NCBI GenBank assembly: GCA_964523545.1
Contig: CAZFZM010000007.1
Coordinates: 33,777-97,776 of the forward strand
From: an uncultured Thermotogae bacterium
GTDB lineage: Bacteria; Bipolaricaulota; Bipolaricaulia; UBA7950; UBA9294
Direction: 5' to 3'
DNA length: 64,000 bases
Part shown: positions 29,061-37,513 of the stretch, piece after piece
Layout: every line of letters starts with the position of its first letter
How positions within the stretch are numbered: position 1 is the stretch's first letter
Translations under genes and position numbers: made by a program
Notes under the pieces: model-generated
Seen by the model: only the letters and a program-made list of their open reading frames with translations
Database searches by the model: none
What the model was told of the DNA's origin: nothing

Positions 29061-29941
29061 TTGCCGCGCGTCTGCATCAGCTCGTGCTCGGGGATCTCCT
29101 CGATCGCGATGCCGCTCATCGCTTCGCCCAATCCGCCCGAGACCTCGGCGACGACCTTCGGTTCGTCGTAGTGGGTCGTCGCGCGGACGATCGCCCGCGC
29201 ACGCTTCTCCGGATCGGAGGACTTGAAGACACCGCTGCCGACGAAGATCCCGTCGCAGCCGAGCTGCATCATCATCGCAGCGTCGGCCGGGGTCGCGATT
29301 CCGCCGGCGGCGAAGTTGACGACCGGCAGACGCCCCGCGTCGCGGATCGCCAGCAGCATCTGGTACGGCGCCCCGAGCTCCTTGGCGAGCGTCATCAGCT
29401 CTTCCGGCGGCGCGGCGAGCACGTCGCGAATCTGCTCGTTCATCAACCGCATGTGGCGGACCGCTTCGATGACGTTTCCGGTGCCCGGCTCGCCCTTGGT
29501 ACGGATCATCGCCGCACCTTCCCCGATTCGCCGACAGGCCTCGCCCAGATCCCGGGCTCCGCAGACGAACGGAACGGTGAAGTCCCACTTGTTGACGTGG
29601 TAGTCGGGATCGGCGGGGGTGAGGACTTCCGATTCGTCGATGTAGTCGACCCCGAGCTCCTGAAGGATCTGCGCCTCGGCGAAATGCCCGATGCGAACCT
29701 TCGCCATGACCGGAATCGAGACGGCGTCAAGGATCTCCTTCACCTTCGTCGGATCTGCCATCCGCGCGACCCCGCCTTGGGCTCGGATGTCCGCTGGAAC
29801 CCGCTCCAGGGCCATCACCGCGACGGCCCCGGCGGCTTCGGCGATCCGTGCCTGCTCCGCGGTCGTGACGTCCATGATCACGCCGCCCTTGAGCATCTCG
29901 GCCAGGCCGCTCTTCACCCGATAGGTTCCCTTTTCCACCAT
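29057..29941 (-). CDS. pdxS: Pyridoxal 5'-phosphate synthase lyase subunit
   Basis: Highly conserved PdxS/SNZ sequence ([38 protein letters not shown]). Confidence 0.95.
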   Translation of the reverse strand: MVEKGTYRVKSGLAEMLKGGVIMDVTTAEQARIAEAAGAVAVMALERVPADIRAQGGVARMADPTKVKEILDAVSIPVMAKVRIGHFAEAQILQELGVDYIDESEVLTPADPDYHVNKWDFTVPFVCGARDLGEACRRIGEGAAMIRTKGEPGTGNVIEAVRHMRLMNEQIRDVLAAPPEELMTLAKELGAPYQMLLAIRDAGRLPVVNFAAGGIATPADAAMMMQLGCDGIFVGSGVFKSSDPEKRARAIVRATTHYDEPKVVAEVSGGLGEAMSGIAIEEIPEHELMQTRGK

Positions 29942-30037
29942 CGTACTCACCTTCCCCTACGACGTGCGGCCCGATTATACCGCCACGCCGTGCCTGTCAA
30001 CAGGCACGGGGATTCGCTTCCCAAGAGGATTCGCGGG

Positions 30038-30862
30038 TCAGTTGCTCCGACGTCGGCCGTCCGGGTCGGCCCAGTTCAGTTTCGCGTCGAGAACGCGGAA
30101 GAACGACGGTGACTCTGCGAGGCGGACAAGCCGCGTCGGCCGGTCGCTCCGGCGGACCACAACCTCCGAGTCGGCCGGAAGGGCGGTCACGAGGTCACCG
30201 TCCGCGATCAACTGGACTTCGGTCCGCGCGCGAAGGCGGAGGACCTCGTCCGCCGGGAAGATCACCGGACGGAGACCGAGCCGGTGCGCCGCGTGCGGCG
30301 TCGCGAGAATGCAGGCCGCCGGCGGGACGACGATCGGGCCGCCCGCGGAGAGGCTGTACGCCGTCGAGCCGGTCGCCGTGGCCAGGATCAACCCGTCCCC
30401 CGGATACGCCGAGACGATTCCGTCCCCCCACGACAACTCCAGTTCGCAGAACCGCGAATCGGTCGTTCCGGTCACGACGAGGTCGTTCAACACGGAGCCC
30501 CTCGTCACCCCGGCATCGTAGGCCAGGCGCATCCGCTCCTCAATCGAGACGTGGCCGTCGTAGACGTGCTCCAACGCCGCGTCCCAACCGTCGAGCCCCG
30601 CCTGCGTGAGAAAGCCGAGGCTTCCGATGTTGATCCCGAGGATCGGTACTCCGGACTCGGCGAAGAGGCCGGCGGCGCGAAGGACCGTCCCGTCCCCGCC
30701 GAGCGCGACGACGATCGCCGCTGCGTCTTCCGGAGGGGCGGTCTCGCTCACCGGGATCGCGACGATTCCGTGGCTCTCGCACCAGGCCTCCATCCGCTCC
30801 AGCACGGGGAGGGTGTCCGGTTTCGACGCATTGACCACGAAGTAGATCCGATCGAGCTTCAC
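30038..30862 (-). CDS. nadK: NAD kinase
   Basis: GGDGT and NxGxLGFL motifs. GTG start with a weak RBS. Confidence 0.85.
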   Translation of the reverse strand: MKLDRIYFVVNASKPDTLPVLERMEAWCESHGIVAIPVSETAPPEDAAAIVVALGGDGTVLRAAGLFAESGVPILGINIGSLGFLTQAGLDGWDAALEHVYDGHVSIEERMRLAYDAGVTRGSVLNDLVVTGTTDSRFCELELSWGDGIVSAYPGDGLILATATGSTAYSLSAGGPIVVPPAACILATPHAAHRLGLRPVIFPADEVLRLRARTEVQLIADGDLVTALPADSEVVVRRSDRPTRLVRLAESPSFFRVLDAKLNWADPDGRRRSN

Positions 30863-30893
30863 GCGAGGATGGTAGCGAGCGGGGAAACCGCCA

Positions 30894-31709
30894 TCAAGAG
30901 GAGCGCTGCGACACGTGCTTCCAGCGGCAGACGACTCGCTCGATCACCTCGATCAGGATGTACAGCGCCAGCCCGAGGAGCGCCATCGCCACGATCCCGG
31001 CGAACGCCTGAGCGCCGCTGTAGATGTTGGATTCGATGAACGATCCGAGGCCGCCGCGACGGGGATCGAACGCCCCGGTCGTCTCGGCGATGTACAGAAA
31101 CGCCATCCCCAATCCGACGGAGACACGCAGGCTCGTCAGAATCGAGGGAAGCGTCGCCGGGAGGACGACGTGCCAGTAGACCTGCCAACGCGACGCCCCG
31201 GCGGCGAGCACGCTCGTGACGTGCTCCAGGTCGATCTGCTTCGCCGCCCCGCGCGCCGAGACGAGGATCTGGAAGAAGAGTGCCGTCGTGACGATCGCGA
31301 CCTTCACCGGGTTCCCGAGGCCGAACAGCAGAAACAGAATCAGGATGAACGCGACCTGCGGGATCGGATAGACAATGTAGATCATCGGCGAGATCAGCTG
31401 GTCGAGCCGGCGCTCGTGGCCGATGAGGAGCCCGAGCGGATAGCCGAGCGAGAGCGCGATCAGCATCGCCGTCACGAGCCGCCACGCGGAGACCCAGAAG
31501 TTGCGGAACAGCGTCGGCCCGAGCCGCTTCATCTCGACGATCGCGCGGATCGGGTTCGGAAGAAACGCCCGGCCCTTGACGTGCTCGACGATCTCGCTGG
31601 CGATCCACCATGCGAGCAGGAGAATCGCAATGGCGGCGACGTAGCGGAGCACGTGCCAGACGTACGGCCGCTCCCGAAGCCCCCTCAACCTTCGCCGCGT
31701 TCGGTTCAT
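30894..31709 (-). CDS. ABC transporter permease (NitT/TauT family, BPD_transp_1)
   Basis: 6-TM permease with EAA-like loop. The real start is internal (MNRTRRRL..), preceded by GGGAGG. The 315-aa R-rich extension of ORF 30894..32654 is rejected. Confidence 0.8.
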   Translation of the reverse strand: MNRTRRRLRGLRERPYVWHVLRYVAAIAILLLAWWIASEIVEHVKGRAFLPNPIRAIVEMKRLGPTLFRNFWVSAWRLVTAMLIALSLGYPLGLLIGHERRLDQLISPMIYIVYPIPQVAFILILFLLFGLGNPVKVAIVTTALFFQILVSARGAAKQIDLEHVTSVLAAGASRWQVYWHVVLPATLPSILTSLRVSVGLGMAFLYIAETTGAFDPRRGGLGSFIESNIYSGAQAFAGIVAMALLGLALYILIEVIERVVCRWKHVSQRSS

Positions 31710-32437
31710 CCTTCCAGCGCCTCCCTCAATTGCGCCACGACGCCGGCGAACGCCTCGCTCTCCCGATACCGGAGGTCCCCGACGCCCGGGTTGCCGACCA
31801 CCGTCTTGATCCGCGCCGGCCGCTCGGTGAGGACCGCGATCCGCTGACCCAGGAACGCCGCCTCCTCGATGTCGTGGGTCACGAGGAGAAGCGAGAAGCG
31901 CCGCTGCAGCCAGAGCTGGAGGAAGAGATCCTGGATCCGCTCCTTGGTCAGCGTGTCGAGGGAGGCGAGCGGCTCGTCCATCAGCATCACCGTAGGGGCC
32001 GTCGACAGCGCGCGGGCGATCCCGACGCGGCGCTTCATCCCCTCGGAGAGCTCGGTCGGGAACCTTCCCTTTGCGCTCGCCAGTCCGAGCTCCTCGAGGA
32101 CGGAGGCCGCCGTTTTCTCCGGATACTCCTTCCCGAGAAGAAGGCTCAGGTTCGCGTTCTGCCAGACGGTCTTCCACGGAAGGAGCCCCGCGTTCTGCAG
32201 GATCAGAGCGATCTCTCTTCGCGGGCCGACGATCGGCTCGCCGCCGATCTCGATCGCTCCTCCCCGAGGTCGAACCAGCCCCGCAACGGCGAACAGGAGC
32301 GTCGTCTTCCCGCATCCGGACGGGCCGATCAGCGACAGGCTCTCCCCCGGCTCGACCCGGAGCGAGATCCCGTCGACGGCGAGTACGGCGCGCGTTCCGC
32401 GGCCGTACTCGATGACGACGTCGCTGATCTCGATCAT
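31706..32437 (-). CDS. ABC transporter ATP-binding protein (NitT/TauT family)
   Basis: Walker A GPSGCGKTT, signature LSEGMKRR, Walker B LLMDEP. ATGA overlaps on both sides. Confidence 0.85.
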   Translation of the reverse strand: MIEISDVVIEYGRGTRAVLAVDGISLRVEPGESLSLIGPSGCGKTTLLFAVAGLVRPRGGAIEIGGEPIVGPRREIALILQNAGLLPWKTVWQNANLSLLLGKEYPEKTAASVLEELGLASAKGRFPTELSEGMKRRVGIARALSTAPTVMLMDEPLASLDTLTKERIQDLFLQLWLQRRFSLLLVTHDIEEAAFLGQRIAVLTERPARIKTVVGNPGVGDLRYRESEAFAGVVAQLREALEG

Positions 32438-33444
32438 CGGACGAATTGGAAGTCGGTGATCTCAGCGTACGTCGGCTTGACGAAGACGTAGCCCTTCCGA
32501 ACCATCCACGCCAGGATCGCCTCGTAGTCCGGTTGAGCCAGAATCGACGGGCACTCGTAGACCGGGATCGGGATGGCGTCGAGGACCTCCTGGTTGATCG
32601 TCGTGCGGTCCGCCCCCTGGAAGAAGAGGGAGAGCGCGATGTCGATTCCCACATCGATCAGCTCGTCGCGTGGCGTGCCGTTGATCCGTTCGATCGCCTC
32701 GGTGTAGGCGGCGTAGAAGGCGGCAACCGCTTCCGGATGGGCCTCGACGAAGCTGCTGCGGAAGACGACCACCGCCGGGAGGACGCCGGTCTCCGAGAAG
32801 TCGTCGAGGATCACTAGCTCGATCGGCCGCCCTCCGGCCGGATAGTAGGTCGCCAGATAGGTGACGTACGGCTCGGGCAGAACGGCCGCCGGCAGGGTCT
32901 GCGCCCCGAACCAGACCGCCATCTGCAGCATGTCGTGGAAGAACAGCGTCTGCTTCGGCTCCGCGTCTACGCTCTGCCGATCGGCGAGGAGCCGCTCGAG
33001 CAGGTACTCGTAGTCGCTCCGGTAGATCGTCCCGATCGAGTAGTCCGAGGCAAGAAGCGCGTCCATCGAGTCGAGCCGGTACGACGCCGGCGAGAGGAGC
33101 GCCAGTGCGAGGCTCCCCGTCTGCGGGCGCGAGGCCGCCGCGCTCGTGATCACGATGTTCCCCCCGTTCGTCGCGTCGAGGATCGATCGGGTGACGTCCT
33201 CCATCATCCCGTCGAGGTTCCCGGTCATCAGGGCGGCGCTCCGCTGCTGGTTGTCGGTAATGCCGATCAGATCGACCGACACGCCGTGCGCCTCGAACAG
33301 GCCCCACTCCTGCGCGAACGCGATCGGAAGCGCCTCGAGGACCGGGGGAAGACTGAACCGGAGAGGCGGGGTCGTCTCTCCGGCGGCCGCGACGGAGATC
33401 GAGAAGAGACAACAGAAAAAGACCGCCCGTCGAATCCAGACCAT
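32434..33444 (-). CDS. ABC transporter substrate-binding protein (NMT1/SsuA/TauA-like)
   Basis: Signal peptide MVWIRRAVFFCCLFSISVAAA and a periplasmic-binding fold of the nitrate/sulfonate/taurine family. First gene of a three-gene importer operon. Confidence 0.75.
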   Translation of the reverse strand: MVWIRRAVFFCCLFSISVAAAGETTPPLRFSLPPVLEALPIAFAQEWGLFEAHGVSVDLIGITDNQQRSAALMTGNLDGMMEDVTRSILDATNGGNIVITSAAASRPQTGSLALALLSPASYRLDSMDALLASDYSIGTIYRSDYEYLLERLLADRQSVDAEPKQTLFFHDMLQMAVWFGAQTLPAAVLPEPYVTYLATYYPAGGRPIELVILDDFSETGVLPAVVVFRSSFVEAHPEAVAAFYAAYTEAIERINGTPRDELIDVGIDIALSLFFQGADRTTINQEVLDAIPIPVYECPSILAQPDYEAILAWMVRKGYVFVKPTYAEITDFQFVR

Positions 33445-33594
33445 CGCCGTTCCCCCTCACAGACTGGGATCTCGTCCGCGATTATACCCTCCGCCGTTGC
33501 GGCGACCAATCGGCCGTACCCCGTATCCCCTCCCCACTTTCTCCCTTCCGGCGGGCGGAAAGCGGCGCGGGAATCGGGTATCATCGCGGTTCTC

Positions 33595-35328
33595 ATGGAT
33601 CGGCTGCACACGTGGTTGTGGCGGTATCGGGGGCGAATCCTCGCGGGGTTCGTCTCGCTCCTTGTGGTGAACGGGGCGACGATTCTCGTCCCGTTGGTCA
33701 TCCGCGAGGCGATCGATCGCCTGACTCGGGGCGAGGGAGCCCTCCTGCAGAGCGGCCTGATGATCACCGGCCTGGCCGCCGTCGTGATGGCGTTTCGCTT
33801 CCTCTGGCGCTACTTCTTCATCGGCGCAGCGCGGCGGATCGAGCGCGCGATCCGGGCGAAGCTGTACTCGCACCTGTTGAGCCTCTCCGCCTCGTTCTAC
33901 AACGAGACGAAGACCGGCGACCTGATGGCCCACGCGACCAACGACATCGAGGCCGTCGCCCGCGCGTGCGGCTTCGGCGTCCTCACGATCGCCGACCCGC
34001 TGTTCATGATCCCCGTTTCGGTCGCGATCATGACGTCGATCGACCCCCGCCTGACGCTGTACGCGATCCTTCCCCTTCCGATCCTGGCGTTGTTCATGGT
34101 CTGGTTCGGCGCGGTGATCCACCGCCGATTCGAGGCCGTACAGGAAGCGTTCTCGACCCTCATGGAGAAGGTCAGGGAGACCGTCTCCGGGGTCCGGGTG
34201 GTGAAGTCGTTCGTCCAGGAACGGGGGACCGAGACCGACTTCTCGATCACCAACCAGCTGCAGGTCGACCGGAATATGGCGCTCGTCCGGATCCACGGGC
34301 TGTTCCACCCGCTGATCGAGCTGCTCTCCGGCGCGTCGCTGGCGATCATCCTGTGGATCGGCGGGATCGACGTCATCCGCGCCTCGATCTCACTCGGCGA
34401 CTTCGTCGCGTTCACGCAGTACCTGTCGATGCTGATCTGGCCGATGATCGCCATGGGCTGGGCCGTCAATCTCATCCAGCGGGGAAGAGCCTCGCTCGGG
34501 CGGATCAACCGCCTCCTCGCCGAGACGCCGGGGATCGTCGAGCCGGCCAAGCCTCGCTCGTTGCGCGGGACCCGGATCGAGATCCGGGACCTGACGTTCG
34601 CCTACCCCTCGTCGAACGGGCGGCGCGCGGCGCCGGCGCTCTCCGACGTCCAACTGACGATCGAGGAAGGGATGACCCTCGGCGTCGTCGGTCTGACCGG
34701 CGCGGGGAAGAGCACCCTGGCGCACCTGATCCCGCGGATCTTCGATCCCCCGGTCGGGACGATCTGCATCGGCGGGGTCGACATCCGCGACGTCGCGCTC
34801 GACGAGCTTCGCCGCTCGATCGGCTTCGTCCCGCAGGACCCGTTCCTCTTCTCGGCGACGCTGGCGGAGAACATCGCGTTCGGCGTGCCGGAGGCGTCGC
34901 GGGAGGCGGTCGAGAAGGCGGCGACCCTCGCCGGGATCCACGAGGAGATCCTCGAGTTTCCGGAGGGGTACGAGACGACCGTCGGCGAGCGCGGGATCTC
35001 CCTCTCCGGCGGTCAGAAACAGCGCGTCGCGATCGCCCGCGCCCTCTTCCTCAATCCGCAGATCGTCATCTTCGACGACCCGCTCTCCGCCGTCGATGCC
35101 GAGCGGGAGGAGTACATCCTCGGCAAGCTGCGCGAGTTCTTCCACGGGAGGACGAGCATCCTCATCGCCCATCGAATCTCCGCCGTGATGCACGCCGACC
35201 AGACGATCGTCATCGACAAGGGGCGGATCGTGGAACGGGGAACACACGATGAGCTGATCGCCGGCGGCGGGATCTACAACAGGATCTGGCGACTGCAACA
35301 GGCGGAAAGGAGGGCGATCCGACCGTGA
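33595..35328 (+). CDS. ABC exporter, fused TMD-NBD subunit 1
   Basis: Six TM helices followed by Walker A GLTGAGKST, LSGGQKQR and Walker B IFDDPLSAVD. The 220-aa N-terminal extension of ORF 32935.. is rejected. Confidence 0.85.
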   Translation: MDRLHTWLWRYRGRILAGFVSLLVVNGATILVPLVIREAIDRLTRGEGALLQSGLMITGLAAVVMAFRFLWRYFFIGAARRIERAIRAKLYSHLLSLSASFYNETKTGDLMAHATNDIEAVARACGFGVLTIADPLFMIPVSVAIMTSIDPRLTLYAILPLPILALFMVWFGAVIHRRFEAVQEAFSTLMEKVRETVSGVRVVKSFVQERGTETDFSITNQLQVDRNMALVRIHGLFHPLIELLSGASLAIILWIGGIDVIRASISLGDFVAFTQYLSMLIWPMIAMGWAVNLIQRGRASLGRINRLLAETPGIVEPAKPRSLRGTRIEIRDLTFAYPSSNGRRAAPALSDVQLTIEEGMTLGVVGLTGAGKSTLAHLIPRIFDPPVGTICIGGVDIRDVALDELRRSIGFVPQDPFLFSATLAENIAFGVPEASREAVEKAATLAGIHEEILEFPEGYETTVGERGISLSGGQKQRVAIARALFLNPQIVIFDDPLSAVDAEREEYILGKLREFFHGRTSILIAHRISAVMHADQTIVIDKGRIVERGTHDELIAGGGIYNRIWRLQQAERRAIRP

Positions 35329-37403
35329 ACGGGCACTTCCAAGAAGACGAAGTCCTCGGCAAGGCGTTCGACGCCCGCCTGATGCGCCGATTGATCCGCT
35401 TCCTCAAGCCGTATCGCGCGCTGTTCGCCGCCTGCGTCTTGCTGACGGTCGTGATCGCCGGGATTCAGCTCGCCATCCCCTACTTCAGCAAGATCGCGAT
35501 CGACAGCTTCATGACCCTGCCACGCAGCATCGTCGAGCTCGACGCCGCGCCGTCCGAAGGGAATCCGGTCGATCTCGGCGACGGCCGGTACCTCGTGGAG
35601 ACGCAGGCGGTCCCCTCGGAACTCCGGCGCGACTGGGAGGCCGCGGGGGCGCTGTCGACCGAGCGGTACTTCCTGATCGAAGCCGGCTCCGACGAAGCGG
35701 AGGTCGTCGAGCGGCACCCGGAAGCGTTCACCTCCGTCCCGCGCGGTTGGATTGCCACGGAGGACGACCTTCGTGCGTTGCCGGTTCGTGACGTCGAGCG
35801 GCTCCGCGGCGCGGCGGTCGCTGGGATCGTACGCCTCGCCGCGATGTTCATCGTGGTTCTGCTGATCCGCTTCGTCTTCACGATCCTCCAGGTCTACCTT
35901 CTGCAGTACACCGGCCAGCGCGTGATGTACGACATGCGTCGCGGTCTGTTCGCGCACGTCCTGCGGCTGCCGCTCCGGTTCTTCGACCGCAACCCGGTCG
36001 GTCGGCTCGTCACCCGGGTGACCAACGACGTCGCCGCGATCAACGAGATGTTCACCTCGATGCTGGTGAACCTGTTTCGCGACGCCTTTCTCATCCTCGG
36101 GATCCTGATCGTGATGTTCGGCCTCGAGTGGAGGCTGGCCCTCGTCATCTTCGCGCTGTTCCCGGTGATCGTCATCGCCGCGTGGCAGTTCCGAAACCGG
36201 GTCCGTGTCGCCTACCGGGAGGTCCGCAGGCAGATCGCGCGCCTGAACGCCTACATCCAGGAATCGATCTCCGGGATGCGGATCATCCAGGTGTTCGTCC
36301 AGGAGCTGAAGGCGAACGAGCGGTTCTCCGAGATCAACCAGGCGAAGTACGTCGCCCAGATACGCCAGATGCTGACGTTCGCCGTCTTCCGCCCGATGAT
36401 GAGCTTCCTCAGCTCGTTCGCGATCGCGCTCGTCATCTGGTACGGCGGCTTCAACGTCCTCCGCGGAAGCCTGTCGCTCGGCGCGCTGACCGCGTTCATC
36501 CAGTACGCGCGCATGCTGTTCGAGCCCGTCCTCAATCTTTCGGAGGGGTACAACGTCCTTCAGGCAGCGATGGCGTCGTCGGAGCGAATCTTCCGTCTCC
36601 TCGACGAGGACGTCGAAGACCCGGGAGCCGGGGAGGTCCTTCCCGCTCCCGAGGGGCGGATCGAGTTCCGGGACGTCTGGTTCGCCTACAACGACGAGGA
36701 TTGGGTCCTGAAGGGCGTGTCGTTCGTCGCGGAGCCCGGTAAGCACGTGGCGATCGTCGGGCCGACCGGCTCGGGGAAAACGACGATCATCCGGATCCTG
36801 CTTCGGATGTACCCCATCCAAAGGGGACAGATTCTCCTCGACGGCGTCCCGATCGAGCGGCTCGACCTCGCGCACCTCCGTTCGCGGATGGCCGTCGTGC
36901 TCCAGGACGTGTTCCTCTTCTCCGGCGACATCATGGACAACATCAAGCTGCGGTCGAACATCCCGGAGGAGGTGGCGATCGAGTCGGCCCGGTTCGTCAA
37001 CGCCGACTTCGTCGAGGCGCTCCCCGACGGGTACCACACCGAGGTCAAGGAGCGGGGCGTCACGTTGTCGGTCGGCGAGCGGCAGCTGTTGTCTTTCGCA
37101 AGGGCGGTCGCGTTCGATCCGACGGTCCTCGTCCTCGACGAGGCGACGGCGAGCATCGACTCGCACACCGAGGCGCTGATCCAGCGTTCGCTGCACAAGA
37201 TCATGGAGGGGAGAACGTCGATCGTGATCGCCCACCGTCTGTCGACGATCCGCGAGGCGGACACGATCATCGTCCTCCACAAGGGCGAGCTGGTCGAGTC
37301 GGGGACGCACAAACAGCTTCTCGCTCTCGACGGTCTCTACGCCGCGCTCCACAGCCTCCAGTTCGCGGAGACCGGGAGTACCGCCCTCGACAGCGCTTCC
37401 TGA
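35325..37403 (+). CDS. ABC exporter, fused TMD-NBD subunit 2 with ~110-aa extracytoplasmic insertion
   Basis: GTG start overlaps the upstream TGA (GTGA). Walker A GPTGSGKTT, LSVGERQL, Walker B LVLDEATAS. A roughly 110-aa soluble segment sits between TM1 and TM2. Confidence 0.85.
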   Translation: MNGHFQEDEVLGKAFDARLMRRLIRFLKPYRALFAACVLLTVVIAGIQLAIPYFSKIAIDSFMTLPRSIVELDAAPSEGNPVDLGDGRYLVETQAVPSELRRDWEAAGALSTERYFLIEAGSDEAEVVERHPEAFTSVPRGWIATEDDLRALPVRDVERLRGAAVAGIVRLAAMFIVVLLIRFVFTILQVYLLQYTGQRVMYDMRRGLFAHVLRLPLRFFDRNPVGRLVTRVTNDVAAINEMFTSMLVNLFRDAFLILGILIVMFGLEWRLALVIFALFPVIVIAAWQFRNRVRVAYREVRRQIARLNAYIQESISGMRIIQVFVQELKANERFSEINQAKYVAQIRQMLTFAVFRPMMSFLSSFAIALVIWYGGFNVLRGSLSLGALTAFIQYARMLFEPVLNLSEGYNVLQAAMASSERIFRLLDEDVEDPGAGEVLPAPEGRIEFRDVWFAYNDEDWVLKGVSFVAEPGKHVAIVGPTGSGKTTIIRILLRMYPIQRGQILLDGVPIERLDLAHLRSRMAVVLQDVFLFSGDIMDNIKLRSNIPEEVAIESARFVNADFVEALPDGYHTEVKERGVTLSVGERQLLSFARAVAFDPTVLVLDEATASIDSHTEALIQRSLHKIMEGRTSIVIAHRLSTIREADTIIVLHKGELVESGTHKQLLALDGLYAALHSLQFAETGSTALDSAS

Positions 37404-37513
37404 AATGCTTTTCCTTGCCGATCCAGTGCCGAGCGGTATCATCGATCGAGAGGCGCACGGTGTTCGTTCGCTGGGCGCTTTTGCTGCTAGGCATACTCGG
37501 TACCGAGGAAGAA

